A DNA stretch of 32,000 nt from Iodidimonas sp. SYSU 1G8. Lineage in GTDB: Bacteria > Pseudomonadota > Alphaproteobacteria > SMXS01. The stretch lies in the NCBI RefSeq assembly GCF_039655775.1, contig NZ_JBBYXJ010000001.1, positions 1,427,208 to 1,459,207 of the forward strand. Reading direction: 5' to 3'. The notes beneath the pieces were generated by a model. It was not told the DNA's origin. It was given only the letters and a program-made list of their open reading frames with translations, and did not search any database. The position numbers and the translations under genes are program-made. Shown one piece after another: positions 27,901-32,000 of this stretch; positions within the stretch are counted from its first letter, which is position 1; each line of letters starts with the position of its first letter.

Positions 27901-28476
27901 TCATCCGCCGACGTGAACCGATCGATAATTGCCGTCCTCAGGATAGAAGCCGAGGAAGCGCAGGCGCGTCTTACCCGTGCGGGTGCCAGGATAGAGGAAG
28001 ACGGTCGGCACGTGAAACTTGCCCTGGAGCTGGGCCTCAATGGCGCCGATGCGCATGTAGGGGTGGAGCGCTTCCAAGTCGGTAACCAGGACAATCGCGT
28101 TGGGCTTGTTCTCAAGGCGCGTGAGCACTTCCTCCAACCGGTTTTGCAGCTGATTCTTGCTCGTTAGGGCGTTGGCCAGGCTCTTATTGGTCTTGTCCCA
28201 TGCCAGCGGCGCTTTCCGATCAGCGGCTAGCCATATGTTACGCATGGGCGCGTTGCGCAGAATATCGAGCACGTGCTGGGCGACCGAGAATATTTCCACG
28301 TCCCAACCCTGATTGCGGAGCGCCGCCGTCCAAGCCGGCAACTGCCGCTTTACCTCCAGGATGTCTCGGGGCGGAAACACCAGATAGAAAATTGGCTCGA
28401 AGCTGGCATGCGCGAACTCGCGGCCGGCGTTCACGCGCCGAATAACCTCGTCGAAATCAGCCCTGAGTGAGGCCAT
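27901..28476 (-). CDS. brxB: BREX BrxB (DUF1788 family), 191 aa
   Basis: Start placed at ATG 28476 (MASLRADFDEV...), which overlaps the brxA end by 20 nt. The C-terminal string VPTVFLYPGTRTGKTRLRFLGFYPEDGNYRSVHV matches the characteristic BrxB ending (YPG...L.LFG...NYYRAF-like). Confidence 0.85.
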   Translation of the reverse strand: MASLRADFDEVIRRVNAGREFAHASFEPIFYLVFPPRDILEVKRQLPAWTAALRNQGWDVEIFSVAQHVLDILRNAPMRNIWLAADRKAPLAWDKTNKSLANALTSKNQLQNRLEEVLTRLENKPNAIVLVTDLEALHPYMRIGAIEAQLQGKFHVPTVFLYPGTRTGKTRLRFLGFYPEDGNYRSVHVGG

Positions 28477-29242
28477 GAGCGAACTCCTCCATCGACTTGG
28501 CCTTCCACGATATCTGAACCGCATTTCCGGCGGTCTGCACGATGATGTCACCGCGTAGCGCGAGACGTTTCAACTCGGACAGTACGTCACCCGGCTCAAG
28601 GCCGAACAGTCGCCAATCATCATGTTGAAGCAGCCCGTTATCACCGACCCCACCGAAATGAAGATCATGGGCGACGAATGCGATAACCATCTGGCCGGGA
28701 CGGAACGACAGAATCGGTCGAGCTTCTCGTCTCATGGAGCCGAGGAGGCCGAAGTCTGCGCACGCGCCGAGAAGATAACTCGCTACACGGGTGATCGTGG
28801 ATTCCGACCAGTGTGTTGTCGTCACGCCGTCCGAAACAGCGCGCCGAACGAATTCCAAAGCCTCCGCCTTGCTCACCTCGGTCGCGCCCGCCGCGTAACG
28901 CGCCCAAAACACATCCTGGACGAAGTCACCGAGGATTCGGTTAGCCCGGCAGGTGTAGAAAAAGAGCAAATGCTTGAAATCAGTGGCCGACAGCGCCTGC
29001 GACAGGGCCTTCAGCGAGTGGGCTGGGGCACCCGCCTCTATCAGATAGCGAGGGGCAAAGCCCTCAGTCACGATATTTCGCAGGCGCCGTGCAGCTACGT
29101 TCGGGAAGCTTCCAGAGGAAAGCGCCGTCTTGAGGAGGGTTTGGGCATCCATTTCCGGCTGCCAGAGATCAAGTAGCCGTATGGTTTCTGGCACAAGCCC
29201 CAGCCCGGCCTGTAGCCGCGTCGTGTAAGGAGGCTTAGTCAC
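28457..29242 (-). CDS. brxA: BREX BrxA (DUF1819 family), 261 aa
   Basis: GTG 29242 overlaps the upstream stop as GTGA. The N-terminus YTTRLQAGLGLVPETIRLLDLW...ARRLRNIVTEGFAPRYL matches the DUF1819 pattern. It lies immediately upstream of brxB. Confidence 0.8.
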   Translation of the reverse strand: MTKPPYTTRLQAGLGLVPETIRLLDLWQPEMDAQTLLKTALSSGSFPNVAARRLRNIVTEGFAPRYLIEAGAPAHSLKALSQALSATDFKHLLFFYTCRANRILGDFVQDVFWARYAAGATEVSKAEALEFVRRAVSDGVTTTHWSESTITRVASYLLGACADFGLLGSMRREARPILSFRPGQMVIAFVAHDLHFGGVGDNGLLQHDDWRLFGLEPGDVLSELKRLALRGDIIVQTAGNAVQISWKAKSMEEFAHGLTQG

Positions 29243-29778
29243 TGGCGATCAGCGAAATAGGGAAATGTCTGCACGGAGGCCGAAAACGCGGCTTGGTAAT
29301 GTCCCGCGACCAGGGCGACCCAAGCTATCGATTCCAGGCTTTCCGGCGCGCCAACATTGATCGGGCCTGGGTTGACCTCAGGTGCAGCTGGAGAGAGGGA
29401 TTTCAATGCCGTACGAGCAGCGTCGCCGTCAGCCAACGCCTTTACCAAATCTCCCTCGCTTTGGAGCAGGACCGCTTCATGCAACCGACGCTCAAGCCCT
29501 TCTGGAAGGCGGAACAAATGAAACACCCGGCCGACACCGATGCGCTCGTCATGCAGCCGGCGCGCTGCCTCGACTACTCCATGGTAGCGCGCCGGTCCGG
29601 TCCGCTCGCCATAGATGGGGCTGAGAAAGCCGACAGCTTGTGCCGACATGAACTTCGACGACCACCAACCGGCGTTGTCGCTCTCGCCAAGGAGGCCAAC
29701 AGCTAGGCGTAGTGTGATGATGTCGGCGACGCCGTTGTCCAACATGAGCTCAGAACCCCGTATTCCGCCTGCGAACAA
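29239..29778 (-). CDS. Small hypothetical protein, first gene of the BREX operon (BrxE-position accessory protein), up to 179 aa
   Basis: An open frame with high third-position GC, whose stop overlaps the brxA start. The start is uncertain: TTG 29778 (track) or ATG 29745, and neither has a strong RBS. I recognise no motif. Confidence 0.6.
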   Translation of the reverse strand: MFAGGIRGSELMLDNGVADIITLRLAVGLLGESDNAGWWSSKFMSAQAVGFLSPIYGERTGPARYHGVVEAARRLHDERIGVGRVFHLFRLPEGLERRLHEAVLLQSEGDLVKALADGDAARTALKSLSPAAPEVNPGPINVGAPESLESIAWVALVAGHYQAAFSASVQTFPYFADRQ

Positions 29779-29823
29779 GGCACTCAGCCGATTTCATAGA
29801 AGGGACGCCATCCCAATAGGGCC

Positions 29824-29837
29824 AGCCTTATAAGGCT
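29824..29837. promoter_or_regulatory. Perfect 14-bp palindrome AGCCTTATAAGGCT upstream of the BREX operon; candidate operator or promoter element
   Basis: Read directly. It lies 46-59 nt upstream of the first possible start codon of the operon (29778). The core TATAAG resembles a -10 element on either strand. Confidence 0.35.
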
Positions 29838-30601
29838 TATCGTGTCCTGAGGTGACGGCCGAAAACAAACAAAACATGCAAATCCTCCCCAACCCTCTAG
29901 GCAGCTAGCGCATCGAATTCCGCTTCCGGCACGACCATAGCCGATGGCACACCCCGCCTGTAACCCCTGTCGGGTAATAGCCTGAACGGCCGCATAACGT
30001 CTGTACGATAAATTGAGTCCCTCCGATCGAAGAAAGCTCAGGAGGTGGTCTTACGGAACCTACAGCACGCTGTAGTCAGCGCGCCTCCCGGCGCCGATCC
30101 GTTGCTACTAAATCCAGCAAGCCACGATTGCTTCCGCCAACTCGATCACATCGTTTGGCAGTTCGTTACCGGCCCTGGAAGACGCATTTCGGGCCCATGG
30201 ACGGCGCGGCAGGTAAACACTGGGCACCGCCAGCGCAACGGAGTGCCTTTCAGGAGGAACCCCCATGGCGCGATGGCCAGCACTGAGATGCCGGCTGCAT
30301 CGGACGACGAAGCCGCCTGTCAGACCGCGTTGAGCTCCGCGTCCTCTTGGACTCAACAGGCAACCCAGGCCGTTCTCCAGGCGAAGATGCGGGCGGGGCT
30401 AACCCGCACGACAGCGCCCATAGCTTGACTGGCGAGACTGGGGGCGCCGCGTCCACCAGCAGGGACTCGACCTGAGAGCCGAGGCCATCGCCGGACAGCT
30501 GCCCAAGCAGTTCCCGCTGCGCCAAGGTCTATGTTGTTTCGCGCCCTAACGCATGCAGCTCAATGCTTGCAAACCTCGAACATTCGGCGAAGGCCGGAGT
30601 C

Positions 30602-30631
30602 GCACGCCCTAGCGGGCGTGCCAACTTTTTT
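30602..30631 (+). terminator. Rho-independent terminator: GCACGCCC-TAGC-GGGCGTGC followed by CAAC-TTTTTT
   Basis: A perfect 8-bp GC-rich stem (30602-30609 / 30614-30621) with a 4-nt loop, and a T6 tract at 30626-31 on the + strand only. On the - strand it lies 60 nt downstream of the stop of CDS 30681..31148, but without a U-tract. Confidence 0.6.
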
Positions 30632-30680
30632 CGATTTGGCGCCGTTGGGAACCTTGATGCCGACGGCCCGCTTCCCTGGG

Positions 30681-31148
30681 TTACGCCTCGGCAATCAGGT
30701 ACGTGCGGGCTTCGCGAACAAGCTCCCTCACGAGCGCGACCAGATCCCCGATCCGCCCCTCCTCGATGACGATCTCTCCCCGGTGGCTCCAGGGCCTGCC
30801 GTCGAAGGGCCTCTCGTAGCACTGGATGCGGACGACCGCGGAGTGACCAGCGACGCCGCGGACCGTTGCGACCCTCAGTTGCCGGAAACCGTTCAGCGCG
30901 AGGAGCTTGCCGTTCTGACCGGGTTTTCTCAAGCTCGCAAACAACGGCTGGAGCATGTTCGCCGAGCAGTAGACCACTCCCCGACCGCTCCGCCTTATCC
31001 GGACACCGAGGAACCGGTTTTCATGGTTGGCGACCACCTCGATCTCGAGGAGCGAGCCGTCGCCCATCGGCAACTCTCGCGCAAGTCCGGCCCTTCGCCG
31101 GTCCGGGCGTTTCCTGTTTCCCGCCGTCGCACGCTTGCCGAGGTCCAT
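30681..31148 (-). CDS. Hypothetical protein (155 aa)
   Basis: Start placed at ATG 31148 (MDLGKRATAGNRKRPDRRR...), preceded by GGAAAGAAGAT. The track ORF extends to 31280. It has high third-position GC and no confident family. The C-terminal part (RIQCYERPFDGRPWSHRGEIVIEEGRIGDLVALVRELVREA) only loosely resembles PC4/YdbC-like ssDNA-binding folds. Confidence 0.5.
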   Translation of the reverse strand: MDLGKRATAGNRKRPDRRRAGLARELPMGDGSLLEIEVVANHENRFLGVRIRRSGRGVVYCSANMLQPLFASLRKPGQNGKLLALNGFRQLRVATVRGVAGHSAVVRIQCYERPFDGRPWSHRGEIVIEEGRIGDLVALVRELVREARTYLIAEA

Positions 31149-31718
31149 ATCTTCTTTCCGTAAATGCCTGTTGGAGAGCTGATCCTGGGCATAGCGGGAC
31201 CACCCCCAGACAATTCCGAGGGTGATCCCGCTATGCCCAAGCGATCTTGCATGCCCGTCCGAGCCGCCGCCGCTGGGCATGTCCGTCCTTTTCCTGCTCA
31301 GGCGGACACTCGCTCACTACTTCACGGCAGCTAGCAGGGCTGCCGGCGGTCCCTGGGCTTCGAGCTTTAGCGGTGCCCTGTGGGTGAATGACCGCACCCC
31401 GATGGTACCCGGTCCCTGAATGCCCCAACGGTTTGAGCCTTTCGACATTCAGGTGTTGGCAATACGCCAAAAGCCGGCGTATCGATCAACACGGCAAAAT
31501 TATGCAGTCAGCATCAGGCGTTCAAGCGCGCTGTTGTTAAGCGAAGAACTTTTATAATGTCGGTACATCAATTTATCAGGAACAGAGCCGCCAGCTTCAT
31601 TCGTGAGATTTTTGGAACCTTGTATTACGCAAGATCATACCCCGGATCCGCCGTGCGAATATTTAGGGCCGAATCATCACGGCTGGACGACTGCCCTCTG
31701 CCATGGGGTCATCCGCGA

Positions 31719-31964
31719 TCAATGATTACCGCTGAGCAACCGGATCATCTGTGTCCGGATGCCTCCTTGAAGTGCGTCAATCTCTCCAGGTGTCAGATCG
31801 GACGCACTCAGATCCTTCAACGCCTGCCAGAGGAAGACCTCGATCCGGTCGGGGGGCCGCCCGCTGACCTGCGCCAGCGCCAGGGCCAGCTGGCGGACGA
31901 GATCGCCATCTTCCGGCTCTTCAGTGTGGATCATCGGCCCGGAAGCGGGCGGCCTCTCCCTCAT
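31719..31964 (-). CDS. Small hypothetical protein (81 aa)
   Basis: Its ATG 31964 overlaps, as ATGA, the TGA stop (31961-31963) of an upstream minus-strand frame entering from the right edge. It has high third-position GC and no recognisable motif. Confidence 0.45.
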   Translation of the reverse strand: MRERPPASGPMIHTEEPEDGDLVRQLALALAQVSGRPPDRIEVFLWQALKDLSASDLTPGEIDALQGGIRTQMIRLLSGNH

Positions 31965-32000
31965 TCATAGAGGTCCGCGAAGGTCGGGGGGCCGGCGGGC
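31961..32000 (-). CDS. 3' end (last 12 codons, ...PAGPPTFADLYE*) of a gene that starts beyond the right window edge
   Basis: The only evidence is the open frame to the window edge and the ATGA stop/start overlap with the next ORF. Confidence 0.25.
   Translation of the reverse strand, partial: PAGPPTFADLYE

Noticed and set aside
27870-28115. 82-codon extension of the brxC ORF
   Set aside because: It overlaps brxB. BrxC-like sequence starts at MTQIRSLFDP.
30045-30428. 127-aa + strand ORF as a real gene
   Set aside because: It has a GTG start embedded in the would-be RBS, and the N-terminal two-thirds has no coding-like features. Only the last 51 codons (from ATG 30273) are kept, as a speculative small ORF in the findings.
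30531-31163. 210-aa + strand ORF
   Set aside because: It overlaps the minus-strand 155-aa ORF almost completely. The strong + strand terminator at 30602-30631 falls inside it, which is incompatible with it being translated as a unit.
31534-31558. Perfect TATAAT (31553-31558) with upstream TTGTTA as a + strand promoter
   Set aside because: The spacer is only 13 nt, there is no credible downstream + strand gene, and the organism's promoter consensus is unknown.
31557-31970. 137-aa + strand ORF
   Set aside because: Its first third is AT-rich intergenic-looking sequence. The remainder is antisense to the 81-aa ORF, which has high third-position GC and start/stop coupling.

Overview
High-GC (roughly 60-65%) bacterial chromosomal window. 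nt 1-4065 holds ordinary genes: the 5' two-thirds of a KatE-type catalase, a small membrane protein, a ClpP-fold peptidase, an XRE-HTH protein and a NarL/LuxR-type response regulator with a degenerate receiver. nt ~4.4-29.8 kb is a ~25-kb defence island, entirely on the minus strand. I saw no integrase, transposase, tRNA, CRISPR array or IS in the window. The island has two parts. (i) A tightly packed type 1 BREX operon runs 29778 -> 14057: a small ORF in the BrxE position, brxA, brxB, brxC, pglX split into two ATGA-coupled 633-aa ORFs, an embedded DUF262/DUF1524 (GmrSD/BrxU-like) type IV restriction gene, pglZ, and a brxL. In this brxL the usual Lon-protease-like C-terminus is replaced by an MITD1-type (MIT_C) PLD-fold domain. 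(ii) After a 369-nt gap comes an ATGA-coupled two-gene cassette: a 1,043-aa protein with no recognisable motif plus a 2,043-aa DEAD/DEAH + DUF1998 helicase. This is best explained as Druantia type III-like (DruH/DruE); if the first gene is not DruH, it is an undescribed helicase system. The observations most worth follow-up are: the BrxL-MIT_C fusion; a related DPY...HDR...GLDYY module at the C-terminus of the giant helicase; the split pglX, whose junction sits inside a ~1.1-kb low-GC patch covering the catalytic NPPF motif and the start of the target-recognition region; and the translationally coupled GmrSD gene inside the BREX operon. nt 29.8-32 kb looks mostly non-coding. It carries a 14-bp palindrome upstream of the operon, a textbook plus-strand terminator with no annotated gene, a 155-aa hypothetical gene, and ATGA-coupled small ORFs at the right edge. 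All homology statements come from reading motifs by eye and from memory; no database search was possible.
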